The translations under genes and the position numbers were made by a program. Shown here piece after piece: positions 31,410-41,145 of a stretch of 64,000 nucleotides of DNA (its first letter is position 1; every line of letters begins with the position of its first letter). The DNA lies in assembly GCA_963815215.1 (NCBI GenBank), contig CAWFFU010000003.1, forward strand, positions 96,001 to 160,000, read 5' to 3'. The notes under the pieces are model-generated. The model was not told the DNA's origin, did not search any database, and worked only from the letters and a program-made list of their open reading frames with translations. The stretch is from an uncultured Trueperaceae bacterium. GTDB lineage: Bacteria > Deinococcota > Deinococci > Deinococcales > Trueperaceae.

Positions 31410-33538
31410 ATGCCGCCGCCGACACCCCCCTGGTCGAATTCGATGGCGTCACCGTCGCTTACCGGCGCGGTCGGCACTGGTCGCGCGCCGTACGCGGCGT
31501 CGACCTCCGCATCCGCGCGGGCGTGACCTACGGGCTGGTGGGGGAGAGCGGCAGCGGGAAGAGCACGCTGGCGCTGGCGTTGCTCCAGGTGTTGCCCCCC
31601 AACGGCCGGGTCATCGAGGGGACCATCCGCTATCGCGGTCGCGTGCTGGCCGACCTCACACCCGACGAGCTCAGAGCCTTCTACCGAAGCGTGGCGCTGG
31701 TTCCCCAGGATCCGTTGCCGTCGCTGAACCCGGCCCGGCGGATCGGACGTCAGATCGAGGAGGTGGTCGATCCCACCGGTGGGTCCGGCTCGCGGACGCT
31801 GTCACGCTCTCTGGAGATGCTCCAGGCCGTGGGGATGGCCGACCCCGAGCGGGTTGCCCGCGCCTACCCCCACCAGCTCTCGGGCGGGATGCAGCAGCGC
31901 GTGCTCATCGCCATGGCGCTCGCCGGCGAGCCCGACCTGCTGGTGCTGGACGAGCCCACCACCAATCTCGACGTCACCACCGAAGCCACGATCCTCGACC
32001 TGGTCCGGGACCTGGTGCGTGACCGCGACACCGCGGTGCTCTACGTCTCGCACAGCCTGGGCGTCGTCGCTGAGCTGTGCGACCGGGTCGCGGTGCTCTA
32101 CGCCGGCGAGCTGGTCGAGGACGCGCCGACCCGGGAGCTGTACGATCGGCCGCGTCACCCGTACACGCAGGGTCTGTTCGACAGCGTGCCGAGGTTGGGG
32201 ACCACCCGTCGGTCGGTCTCGCTGCGACCCATTCCGGGACGCATCCCCTCGCCGTCGGCGCTGCCGCCCGGATGCGTGTTCGCGCCGCGCTGTCCGATCG
32301 CGATCGACGCCTGCCGTGCCGATCAGCCTCCGCTGGAGCCCGCCGGGGAGGGCTCGGTGCGTTGCATCCGATGGCGAGACATCGAGGCTGGGAGCGTGGA
32401 CCCGCATCAGAGTGCGCCCCCCTCCCGCGTCTCGATGCCCCCCGGCGAGGTCGACGCCGTGCTCGACGTCGCCGGCCTGCGCAAGTACTTTCCGCTGCGG
32501 CGGTCGCTGGGCGAGTTGCTTTCGGGCGGACCGCTGCGCGCGGTGCGCGCCGTGGAGGACATCAGCGTGACCGTGAGGCGCGGCCACACGCTGGGCCTGG
32601 TGGGGGAGAGTGGTTCGGGCAAGAGCACCACCGCCCGTGCCATCGTCGGTCTCGACCCCGCCTCCGAGGGCACCATCGAACTCGCCGGCAGGAGACTGGA
32701 CCGTAGGCTCGGGCGCCGCTCCCAGGCCGATGTCCGTCGCCTTCAGATGGTCTTCCAGAGCTCCGACGAAGCGCTCAATCCCTACCGCACGGTCGGCGCC
32801 ACCCTGCGGCGCCCCTTCCGCCGGCTGGCCGGGATGTCCCGCGCCGACGCGGCCGAACGCGTGAGGCGGTTGTTGCAGGACGTGCAGCTCACTGCCGATT
32901 ACGCTGCGCGCCGACCGTCGGAGCTCTCCGGCGGCGAGAAGCAGCGTGTTGCCATCGCCCGCGCGTTCGCCTCCGAGCCGGAGGTGCTGGTCTTCGACGA
33001 GTCGGTGTCAGGGCTCGACGTGTCGGTCCAGGCCGCCATCCTCAACTTGCTCGGCGCGCTGCAGGAGGAGCGCGGCACCGGCTACCTGTTCATCTCCCAC
33101 GATCTTGCCGTGGTCAGCTTCCTGGCCGACTACGTGGCGGTGGTGTACCTGGGCCGGGTGATGGAATCCGGTCCTGCCGGGCGTGTGCTGCGCCCCCCCT
33201 TCCACCCGTACACGGAGGCGCTGCTGTCGGCGATCCCGTTGCTCGACCCCGGCGCCGAGCGTTCCCACGTGCGGCTGGAGGGGGAGGTGCCGAGCCCGGT
33301 GGATACGCCTTCAGGCTGCGTCTTCCACACCCGCTGTCCGCGCTACCTGGGCGACGTGTGCCGGGACGAGTCGCCGCCCTGGCGTGAGGCGGGTGACGAC
33401 CACGGCATCTATTGCCACATCCCGTTGGACGAGCTCGCTGCCTCCCAGGCGCCTGTCTTCCGCCTCGCGACGCGCGACCTTCCCGCGGCCGCGGGGGCCC
33501 CGCGCGCTTCCGGGGCCGAGGGCGACGACCGTGGGTAG
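31406..33538 (+). CDS. Peptide ABC ATPase, fused DppD-DppF type
   Basis: Two GESGSGKS Walker A motifs, two LSGG signatures and two HPYT/oligo_HPY tails. Confidence 0.9.
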   Translation: MNAAADTPLVEFDGVTVAYRRGRHWSRAVRGVDLRIRAGVTYGLVGESGSGKSTLALALLQVLPPNGRVIEGTIRYRGRVLADLTPDELRAFYRSVALVPQDPLPSLNPARRIGRQIEEVVDPTGGSGSRTLSRSLEMLQAVGMADPERVARAYPHQLSGGMQQRVLIAMALAGEPDLLVLDEPTTNLDVTTEATILDLVRDLVRDRDTAVLYVSHSLGVVAELCDRVAVLYAGELVEDAPTRELYDRPRHPYTQGLFDSVPRLGTTRRSVSLRPIPGRIPSPSALPPGCVFAPRCPIAIDACRADQPPLEPAGEGSVRCIRWRDIEAGSVDPHQSAPPSRVSMPPGEVDAVLDVAGLRKYFPLRRSLGELLSGGPLRAVRAVEDISVTVRRGHTLGLVGESGSGKSTTARAIVGLDPASEGTIELAGRRLDRRLGRRSQADVRRLQMVFQSSDEALNPYRTVGATLRRPFRRLAGMSRADAAERVRRLLQDVQLTADYAARRPSELSGGEKQRVAIARAFASEPEVLVFDESVSGLDVSVQAAILNLLGALQEERGTGYLFISHDLAVVSFLADYVAVVYLGRVMESGPAGRVLRPPFHPYTEALLSAIPLLDPGAERSHVRLEGEVPSPVDTPSGCVFHTRCPRYLGDVCRDESPPWREAGDDHGIYCHIPLDELAASQAPVFRLATRDLPAAAGAPRASGAEGDDRG

Positions 33539-34475
33539 GTTCGTGCTGCGGCGTCTGGGCTTCCTGCTACTGACGCTGCTCTTCACGTCGCTGCTCATCT
33601 TCCTGATCACGCAGGCGCTGCCGGGCGACGTGGCGCGCATCCTGCTGGGTCGGGAGGCGAGCCAGCAGGCGCTCGACCAGCTCCGCAGCCAGCTCGGGCT
33701 CGATCGGCCGTTGCCGGTGCAGTACCTGAGCTGGCTCGGCGACTTCGTCCGCGGCGACTGGGGCACGTCGTTCAGCACCGGCCAGAGCGTGCGCGCCCTG
33801 GTGCTGGCGCGGCTCGGGAATTCGCTCGAACTGGCCGGACTTACCCTCGTCATCGCCGTGCCGACCGCCGTGACGCTGGGGGTCATCGCCGCCCTGCACG
33901 AGGAGAGCTGGATCGATACCCTCATCAGCCTCGCCAGCCTTTCGGTGGTGGGTCTGCCCGAGTTCATCACCGGGCTGGTGCTCATCCAAGTCTTCAGCTT
34001 CCGGCTCGGGTGGTTGCCGGCCAACTCATCCATCGCGCCGGACACGGGGTTCATCGCCGCCTTGCCGTCGCTGGTGCTGCCCGCGCTCACGGCCACGCTG
34101 GTGCTTCTCGCCTACGTGGCCCGGTTGACGCGGGCGAGCATGCTGGTGGAGCTCAATCGCCCCTACGTGCGCACAGCCGTCCTCAAGGGCGTGCGCTGGC
34201 GGCGCGTGGTGGTGGCGCACGTGCTACGCAACGCCCTGCTGCCGACAATCACCGTGGTGGCCATCAGCTTCGGGTGGCTGATCAGCGGGCTCATCGTGGT
34301 CGAGAACGTCTTCAACTATCCGGGACTCGGCAGGCTACTGACCTTCGCCATCGCGCGGCGCGACATCCCGCTGATCCAGGCGGTGGCGCTGGTGGCGGTA
34401 CTCGGGTTCGCGCTGGCGAACCTGGTGGCGGATATCTTATACGCGGCCTTCAACCCCCGCATTACTCTGCGTTGA
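33531..34475 (+). CDS. Peptide ABC permease (DppB/OppB-like)
   Basis: LPGDVA, GLDRPLPVQY, GDWGTS, YVRTA..KG, HVLRNAL, VENVFNYPGLG, NPRI. Confidence 0.9.
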   Translation: MGRFVLRRLGFLLLTLLFTSLLIFLITQALPGDVARILLGREASQQALDQLRSQLGLDRPLPVQYLSWLGDFVRGDWGTSFSTGQSVRALVLARLGNSLELAGLTLVIAVPTAVTLGVIAALHEESWIDTLISLASLSVVGLPEFITGLVLIQVFSFRLGWLPANSSIAPDTGFIAALPSLVLPALTATLVLLAYVARLTRASMLVELNRPYVRTAVLKGVRWRRVVVAHVLRNALLPTITVVAISFGWLISGLIVVENVFNYPGLGRLLTFAIARRDIPLIQAVALVAVLGFALANLVADILYAAFNPRITLR

Positions 34476-34506
34476 CGGGCGCCCTCGGGCGCTGCGGAGG
34501 TGTGAT

Positions 34507-35406
34507 GTGCGACGGGCCTGGCTGCTTGCTCTGTTGGTGATCCCCCTGCTGGTGACGGCATGTGCGCCGGGTACGGAGGCGGGCATCGCGGCGCCGACGT
34601 TCACCGTGCTGCAGAGCGGGACGGGCTTCCGATCCGTTGACCCCCCCGGCGTCGGGGCGGGCGCCGCCGTGTTCGACGTCCGCCTCCGAGCAACCAACCC
34701 CAATCCGATCGGCTTCACGGTGGCCAGCCTGGACGGGGACTTCTACCTCGGCGGTCACCCGGCGGCAACAACGACGTTCCGCCAAGGGATCGAGCTGCCG
34801 GCCCACGGCAGCAGTGACCTGACCCTCGAGATCCGGGTGCCGCTGGCGCAGGCGCCCGCTCTCCTCCAGACGCTGGCGGGCCTGCTCACCGGAGCCTCCA
34901 CGGACTACCGTGTCGACGCCACGGTGGGCGTTCGGGTGTTCGGCGCGGTGCAGCGCTTCCCGCGCGCCACGCTGGCGCAGGGGCGCGTGCGATGGTCGCC
35001 GGCCTGGGTCGCGCCGCGGATCCAGCTCGCCTCATCCGGCCCCTCCTTGCACGTCGAATCGCTCACCCGTGTCACCGTGCAGATCGCAGCCACCTTGTAC
35101 AACCCGGCGCCGCTGGGCTACGTGGTGCAGGCTCCGACGGTGCATCTGGCGCTCGCCGGCACCCCGGTCGCCACCGCGCAGCTCGGCCGGGTCGTGGCGC
35201 CCGCAGGCGCCACGGTGCCCGTCAACCTGACGTTCAGCTTCAACCCCCTGCAGGTCGGTCCGGCACTGGCGGCCCAGGTCTCGGCCGTCGCTTCGGGTGC
35301 CGGCAGCCTCGCCTTCGGCGTGTCGGGGCCCCTCGTGCTGGAGGCGCCGGGGCTCGCCACCCACAACGTCGACGCCGCGGCGTTGCTGAGCGGCACGCTG
35401 CGCTGA
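34507..35406 (+). CDS. Lipoprotein with tandem LEA_2/WHy-like domains
   Basis: Lipobox VTAC; NPNPIGF (WHy NPN motif) and a second YNPAPLG repeat. Confidence 0.7.
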   Translation: MRRAWLLALLVIPLLVTACAPGTEAGIAAPTFTVLQSGTGFRSVDPPGVGAGAAVFDVRLRATNPNPIGFTVASLDGDFYLGGHPAATTTFRQGIELPAHGSSDLTLEIRVPLAQAPALLQTLAGLLTGASTDYRVDATVGVRVFGAVQRFPRATLAQGRVRWSPAWVAPRIQLASSGPSLHVESLTRVTVQIAATLYNPAPLGYVVQAPTVHLALAGTPVATAQLGRVVAPAGATVPVNLTFSFNPLQVGPALAAQVSAVASGAGSLAFGVSGPLVLEAPGLATHNVDAAALLSGTLR

Positions 35407-35467
35407 CGGTCGCGCATGCCGCGTCGGCGGCGGTTCGGCCACGATCGCGCGCCGAGCGTGTCGCGGG

Positions 35468-37708
35468 TCAATCGGGACTGAGCTTGCTACGCCGCACCAG
35501 GCGCGCCAACGCCGGCGGCATCCACCAGTTCCAGCGGCCCGCCATCGTCATCACCGCGGGCACCAGCGCCAAGCGAACCAGCGTGCTGTCGAGCAGCACG
35601 GCGACCGACAAGCCGAGGCCGAGGGTGCGCACCAGCACCACGTGGCTGAACAGGAACAGCGCGAACACCGTGATCATCACGGCTGCGGCGCTGGTGATGA
35701 CACCGCCCGTGGCCGAAAGTGCGGTGGCGACCGCCTCTCGGTCGCTCGCTCCGCGGTCGTGCTGCTCCTGGATCCGCGCTACCAGGAACACCTCGTAGTC
35801 CATGCTCAGCCCGAACACGATCGCGAAGATGAACAGTGGCGCGCTGGTGTCGATGTAGCCGAGGACCGGGCCTCCACCGAAGAGCGTGGTGAGCACCCCC
35901 TGTTGGAACACCAGCGTGATGACGCCGTAGGCCGCGGCGACGGTCAGGGTGTTCAGCAAGATAGCCTTGATGGGGATGAGCAACGACCTGAAGGCCAGTC
36001 CCAGCACCACCACCGTGGCGAGGTATACCAGCAGCACGGCCCAGGGGAAGCTGCGGTAGAGCACCGCCGCCCACTCGGACTCCTGCACGTAGCCTCCCCC
36101 GACTCGCGCGTCGAGTCCGAGCGCCTTGGCGCGGCCTTCGATGGAGCGCAGCAACGAGGCGCCCTGCGCCGGGGTGAGCGTGCCCTTGGGGAAGACCCGC
36201 ACCAGCGCGTAGCGCCCGGTCGTACTGATGGTGGCTCTGGCGAGGGGCGCGATCTCGCTCTTCAACGCGATGTCCGGCGAGGCGTAGTACTGGTAGAGGA
36301 ACAGCCGAGGGACGCTGCTCACCGCCATCGGGCTGGTGATGGCCTCCACCCGGTCCAGCGCCGTCAGGCTGCGGTCGAGCTCGGAGACCTTGCGGATGTT
36401 GTCCGGCCGGTAGAAGCCCTTGGGCCCGAAGTCCAGCAGCACGTCGAAGGAACTGAGAAGGCCCTCCAGACCCAGGCTCTCCAGGGCGGTCACGGTGCGG
36501 TTGGCTTCGGTGGACTTGGAGAGCCCCCGGGGTCCGGGATCGGCCACCTGCATGCCGAGTGCCGGCAGCCCTGCCGCGATCAGCACGACGGCCCCGATCG
36601 CCGCCCACAACACGGGCCGTCGCATGATCTCGTGGGCGCGGGCGCGCCAGAAGCTGCGGCTTCGCAGCCCCGGCTCGCGGCGCGTGACCTTCAGCCAGTT
36701 CACCCGATGGCCCAGCAGAGCCAGCGCAGCCGGTAGCGCCGTGACCGATACCGAGACGCTGATCAGCAACACGATGATGGTGCCCACGCCGATGGATCGG
36801 ATGAACGCCAGCGGCGGCACCAATAGCCCGCTCAGCGCCATCACCACGGTGAGACCGCTGAAGGCGACGGCCTTGCCTGCCGTCTGCGCGGTGCGTTCGG
36901 CCGCCTGCCGCGGGTCGAAGGTATGGCGCAGCTCCTCGCGGAAGCGGTTCACCATCAGCAACGCGTAGTCGATGCCGGTCGCCAGCCCGAGCATGGTCAC
37001 GATGGTCTGGGTGAACACGGCGAACTCGACCACCTGCCCCATGGCGTACAGGGCAGCGAGCGACACGGTGATGGAGGCCAGCGCCACCAGCAGCGGCAGG
37101 GCCGAAGCGATGACGGCCCCGAAAGCGATCACCAGGATCAGCAGCGAGATCGGCAGGCCGAACACCTCGGCGCGCCGGGCATCGCGCTCGCTCACATGCT
37201 CCAACTCCTGCACGGTGGCCGGCCCGCCGGCCATGGTGAAGCTCAGGCCCGCCTCCCCGGTGAGCGCCTGTCGGATGTGGTTGGTGATGACCTTGGCCCT
37301 GCCCAGGTCGGGCGCCGCCATGCTGACCAGCGCCACCGTGAAGCGGTTGTCCGCCGACACCAGGTTCAGGCCGGTGACGCTTCGGTGGTCGCGAACCGCG
37401 GTCACGCCCGGAACCGCCTTGATGCGGTCCACCACCCGGGCGAAGGCCTCATCGAAGGCGGGCTGGCCCACGCGATCACCGACGCCGTGCGCCACCAGCA
37501 CCACGTTGTAGTCGTCGGGGAGGGCGAACTGCTGGCGCAACACGGCGCGCACCTGCCGCGCGACGCTGTGGGGCGCCATGCCGGGCTGTGCCGTCAGGAC
37601 GGTCCCGACCCTCGCTGCGAACGGGAGCGAGATCCCTGCCAGCAGCAGCCACGCGGCCAGGACCCATCTCGGGTAGCGGGCCGTGATCCGTGCCATGCGT
37701 GTCAACAT
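35468..37708 (-). CDS. MMPL-family (RND superfamily) transporter
   Basis: GLATGIDYALLMVNRFREE, TAGKAVAFSG, FGLSMDYEVFL, TGGVITSAA, VPAVM..AGRWNWW. Confidence 0.93.
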   Translation of the reverse strand: MLTRMARITARYPRWVLAAWLLLAGISLPFAARVGTVLTAQPGMAPHSVARQVRAVLRQQFALPDDYNVVLVAHGVGDRVGQPAFDEAFARVVDRIKAVPGVTAVRDHRSVTGLNLVSADNRFTVALVSMAAPDLGRAKVITNHIRQALTGEAGLSFTMAGGPATVQELEHVSERDARRAEVFGLPISLLILVIAFGAVIASALPLLVALASITVSLAALYAMGQVVEFAVFTQTIVTMLGLATGIDYALLMVNRFREELRHTFDPRQAAERTAQTAGKAVAFSGLTVVMALSGLLVPPLAFIRSIGVGTIIVLLISVSVSVTALPAALALLGHRVNWLKVTRREPGLRSRSFWRARAHEIMRRPVLWAAIGAVVLIAAGLPALGMQVADPGPRGLSKSTEANRTVTALESLGLEGLLSSFDVLLDFGPKGFYRPDNIRKVSELDRSLTALDRVEAITSPMAVSSVPRLFLYQYYASPDIALKSEIAPLARATISTTGRYALVRVFPKGTLTPAQGASLLRSIEGRAKALGLDARVGGGYVQESEWAAVLYRSFPWAVLLVYLATVVVLGLAFRSLLIPIKAILLNTLTVAAAYGVITLVFQQGVLTTLFGGGPVLGYIDTSAPLFIFAIVFGLSMDYEVFLVARIQEQHDRGASDREAVATALSATGGVITSAAAVMITVFALFLFSHVVLVRTLGLGLSVAVLLDSTLVRLALVPAVMTMAGRWNWWMPPALARLVRRSKLSPD

Positions 37709-37736
37709 GCTGCCTGCCGGGGCCGCGCGGACCCGC

Positions 37737-38477
37737 TCATACCCCCACGAAGCGTTCGATGATGTCGCGGGCGTCGCTCTCGCGTGTAGCGGTCTCGCCG
37801 GACACCTGGCCGTCACGGAGGAACACGATGCGGTCGGCGTGCATGGCGGCGTTGGGGTCGTGGGTGACCATCACCACGGTCCAGCCGAAGGTGTCGACGC
37901 CGTGTCTAAGTAGCTCCAGTACCTCGGTGCCGGTGTGGGTGTCGAGATTGCCGGTGGGCTCGTCGGCCAGCACCACCACGGGGTCGTTGATGAGGGCGCG
38001 CGCCAGCGCCACACGCTGACGCTGCCCCCCCGAGAGCTGGCGGGGACGGTGGTTGAGCCGGTCGGCGATGGCCAGCTGGTCCGCCAGGTCGTGGAGCCGT
38101 TGGGCCGCCTGGGCACCGCGCCCTGCGATCTCGGCCGGCAGCAGGATGTTCTCGCGTGCCGTTAGGTTGGGGATCAGTTCGAAGCTCTGGAACAGGAAGC
38201 CTAGCTTGGTGCGTCGTAGCGCCGTCAGCGCGTCGTCGTCCAGATCCACGGTGGCCTGACCGACGACCTCCACGCTGCCGCGGTCCGGCACATCGAGCAG
38301 CCCCAGAAGGTGCAGCAGGGTGCTCTTGCCGCTTCCGCTGGGCCCCATCACCGCCAGGAACTCGCCCGCCCTGACCGCCAGGTCGATGCCCTTCAGAGCG
38401 TCGATGGTGAGGTCGCCGAGGCGGTAGCTCTTGCTCAGCTCGCGCGCGCGTAGGACTGGACTGTCGTTCGTTGCCAT
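37737..38477 (-). CDS. ABC ATPase, LolD/MacB-like
   Basis: GPSGSGKST, FQSFELIP, LSGGQRQRVALARAL, ADEPTGNLD, VTHD. Confidence 0.92.
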   Translation of the reverse strand: MATNDSPVLRARELSKSYRLGDLTIDALKGIDLAVRAGEFLAVMGPSGSGKSTLLHLLGLLDVPDRGSVEVVGQATVDLDDDALTALRRTKLGFLFQSFELIPNLTARENILLPAEIAGRGAQAAQRLHDLADQLAIADRLNHRPRQLSGGQRQRVALARALINDPVVVLADEPTGNLDTHTGTEVLELLRHGVDTFGWTVVMVTHDPNAAMHADRIVFLRDGQVSGETATRESDARDIIERFVGV

Positions 38478-38479
38478 CG

Positions 38480-41047
38480 TTACTCCACGAATCCCAACGC
38501 TCGGGTGGGGGAGAGTTGAGCCGCACGTCGCGCCGGCAGGAGCGAAGCGAGCAGGCCCACCAGGGGGGATGCCACCAGGGCCAGACCCACCAGGGTCCAG
38601 TCGATCGCCGGCGTCAGCAGGAAGCCGGTCAGGGCGCTCGCGCCCGCGCTGATGACCCGCGCAAGGAGCAACCCGAAGGCCACGCCGAGCACGGCGCCCA
38701 CGAAAGTGACCACCATACCCTCGGAGGCGATGAGACGCCTCACGCCGCCGCGCGTCATCCCGACCGTGCGCAGCACAGCGATCTCATGGCTGCGGCTCAC
38801 GAGGTTCATGCCAAGCGTGTTGGCCACGCCCAGTGCGGCGACCAGCACGGCGATCAACAGCAGCATGTTGGTGGTCTGGAAGGACCGTTGGGTCAGCCGC
38901 AGGATGGCACTCCGGTAGTCGGCGTTGAGGGTGGCGTCCAGATGGAGCCCGGGGAAGGCCGACAACAGTTCCCGGCGCACCTGGTGTGGATCGGCGCCCG
39001 GCTTGTCGGCGATGACGAATAGATCGGGTGACCCGCCCCCGAACTCGGGCAGGTCGTGGATGCTGCCCACCACCGTCTCGCCGCCTCCGGTGAAGTCGAC
39101 CACCACGCCGGCCACCGGGAACTCCCGGAAGCCGTCGACCGTCCGCAGCCGGATGGTGTCGCCCTTCTTGATGCCGTACCTGTCGCGCATGGTGTTGGCC
39201 ACCAGGACCTGGCCACCCTTGGACAGAGCATGGAAGCCCTCGAGATTGTTCCCCTGGCCCTGGATGTACTGGAAGCGGCCGAAGCCGCCGTTGGGATCGA
39301 AACGCTGCGGGTCGACCAGGATCATGGCGATGGAGCGCCCGCGCCCACCTCCCTGCGGCTCGAAGCGGACCACCCGGATCCCCACACCGCTGGCCACTTT
39401 CACACCCGGAAGCTGCTGGGCCCGCTGCTCGAAGTCGTCGGGGAAGCTCACCGGCGAGGTCACGAAGACATCGCCCACGATGGTGGTGTCGACCCAGGAG
39501 GTGATGGCCCGGTTGATCCCGGCGACCATCGAGCCGACGCCGATGATCAGGCCGGTGCCCACTGCCACGGTCCCGATGGCTACCCCGTTGCGGGCGGCGT
39601 TGCGCAGGGCGAAGTTGCTTCCCAGACGGCCCGAGGTGCCGAAGAGGCGCACCAGAAGGGGAGTGAACAGCGCCAGCGCAGGGCGCAGCAGGCTGGGCGT
39701 GGCCATCGCGACGCCGACGAAGAACACGGCCATGGCGGTGCCGCTGGCGACGAGTGCCAGGTACCCCGACCACGGCAGCACACTCAGGACCACGCCCAGC
39801 GCCAGAAGGCTCCAACCGAGCACCGCCTGGCGCGGCGGGGCCGCTTCCTCCGCATTCCGACCGGCCGCGATGGGCGGTGTGCGCGAGGCGTTCCGGGCCG
39901 GAAGCACGCCGGCGGCGAGCGAGACCAGGACGCCGACGCCGGAGGCCAGGGCCACGCTCCGGACCGGGATCACCAAGGTGCGGAAATCGAACCCCAGGCT
40001 GACGGCGTTCATGCGGGTGATGACGTAGGCCAGCCCCACCCCGAGCAGCAGGCCCATCAGCACGCCCACCAGGCTCAGCGCCGCTGCTTCGTACAGCGCC
40101 AGTCGCTGAACGTCACCGCGCGTCATGCAGATGGTGCGCAGCAGGGCGTACTCGCGCGTCCGCTCCACGACCGAGGCCATGAACGTGTTGTAGGCCATGA
40201 AGCCGCCCAACGCTAGCAGCGTCACGGCCAGTACGGACAGTCCGGACTGCAAGGTATCGACGATGCCCGAGGCCACGTTGCCGGACACGGCGGGGTAGGT
40301 CACGGTCAGGTCCTGCGAAAGGGAGGGCAGGCGCGCTTCGATACGGGCCCGCACGTCCTCCACGGGAACCGACGGATCGACCAGGACCTCGATGTGCGAC
40401 GCCCGCCCCTGCATGTGCAGGATGACCCGCAAGTCCTGGATGGCGATGATTCCCACGCGTCCGCCGTTGGTGCTGGCGAGGCCGTAGCCGTCGTCGAGGA
40501 GCCCGGTCACGGTGAGTGGCACGTCGCCGAAGCTGGTCGCGAAGCGGACGGTGTCACCCACCGCGATGCCGCGCTCCTGGGCGAACCCCTGGGCGATGGC
40601 GACGCCGTCCGAGCCGGGTTGGGGCAGCGCGCCCTGGGCCAGCTTGGCCGGCAGGTCGGTCGGGACGGTGGTGACGCGGCCGCTGAGTTGGAAGCCGGTG
40701 TCGACGCCCGGGATGATCGACTTCTGGAAGTCCTGGATGGCGCGCACGGGTTCGGCGCGGGTGTTCAGAACGGGGTACGCGGCCTTCACTCCGGACATCT
40801 TGCGGACCAGGTCGAGAGCGGGACCGTCTTCGAACACGGCTCGCCCTCCCGCGCCCGGCGTCACCAGCAGGTCGGCCTTCCCCGAGGCCGCCTGCAGCGC
40901 ACCGCGCACGTTGGCCTCGACGTTGGCACCGACCGAGAGCGTGGTCAGCACCGCCGCGATGCCGATGCCCACGCCGAGGACGGTGGCAAGGCTGCGCCAG
41001 GGGTGCCGGAGCAGGTTCAGGAGGGCCAATCGACGCAGCGCGGTCAC
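38480..41047 (-). CDS. FtsX/MacB-type ABC permease (duplicated periplasmic + FtsX architecture)
   Basis: RSLATVLGVGIGIA, SVVERTREYALLR..M, SRSHEIAVLRTVGMT and two LPAR.A ends. Confidence 0.88.
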   Translation of the reverse strand: MTALRRLALLNLLRHPWRSLATVLGVGIGIAAVLTTLSVGANVEANVRGALQAASGKADLLVTPGAGGRAVFEDGPALDLVRKMSGVKAAYPVLNTRAEPVRAIQDFQKSIIPGVDTGFQLSGRVTTVPTDLPAKLAQGALPQPGSDGVAIAQGFAQERGIAVGDTVRFATSFGDVPLTVTGLLDDGYGLASTNGGRVGIIAIQDLRVILHMQGRASHIEVLVDPSVPVEDVRARIEARLPSLSQDLTVTYPAVSGNVASGIVDTLQSGLSVLAVTLLALGGFMAYNTFMASVVERTREYALLRTICMTRGDVQRLALYEAAALSLVGVLMGLLLGVGLAYVITRMNAVSLGFDFRTLVIPVRSVALASGVGVLVSLAAGVLPARNASRTPPIAAGRNAEEAAPPRQAVLGWSLLALGVVLSVLPWSGYLALVASGTAMAVFFVGVAMATPSLLRPALALFTPLLVRLFGTSGRLGSNFALRNAARNGVAIGTVAVGTGLIIGVGSMVAGINRAITSWVDTTIVGDVFVTSPVSFPDDFEQRAQQLPGVKVASGVGIRVVRFEPQGGGRGRSIAMILVDPQRFDPNGGFGRFQYIQGQGNNLEGFHALSKGGQVLVANTMRDRYGIKKGDTIRLRTVDGFREFPVAGVVVDFTGGGETVVGSIHDLPEFGGGSPDLFVIADKPGADPHQVRRELLSAFPGLHLDATLNADYRSAILRLTQRSFQTTNMLLLIAVLVAALGVANTLGMNLVSRSHEIAVLRTVGMTRGGVRRLIASEGMVVTFVGAVLGVAFGLLLARVISAGASALTGFLLTPAIDWTLVGLALVASPLVGLLASLLPARRAAQLSPTRALGFVE

Positions 41048-41145
41048 GTCCTCCAGTGTACCGTCGCCGCGCCGCCTCCGCAGGCTCGGGGGACCGTCAC
41101 CCAGCCGAGGCGCTCCTCACGGCGCCGGCGGTAGAATCGGCCGAA

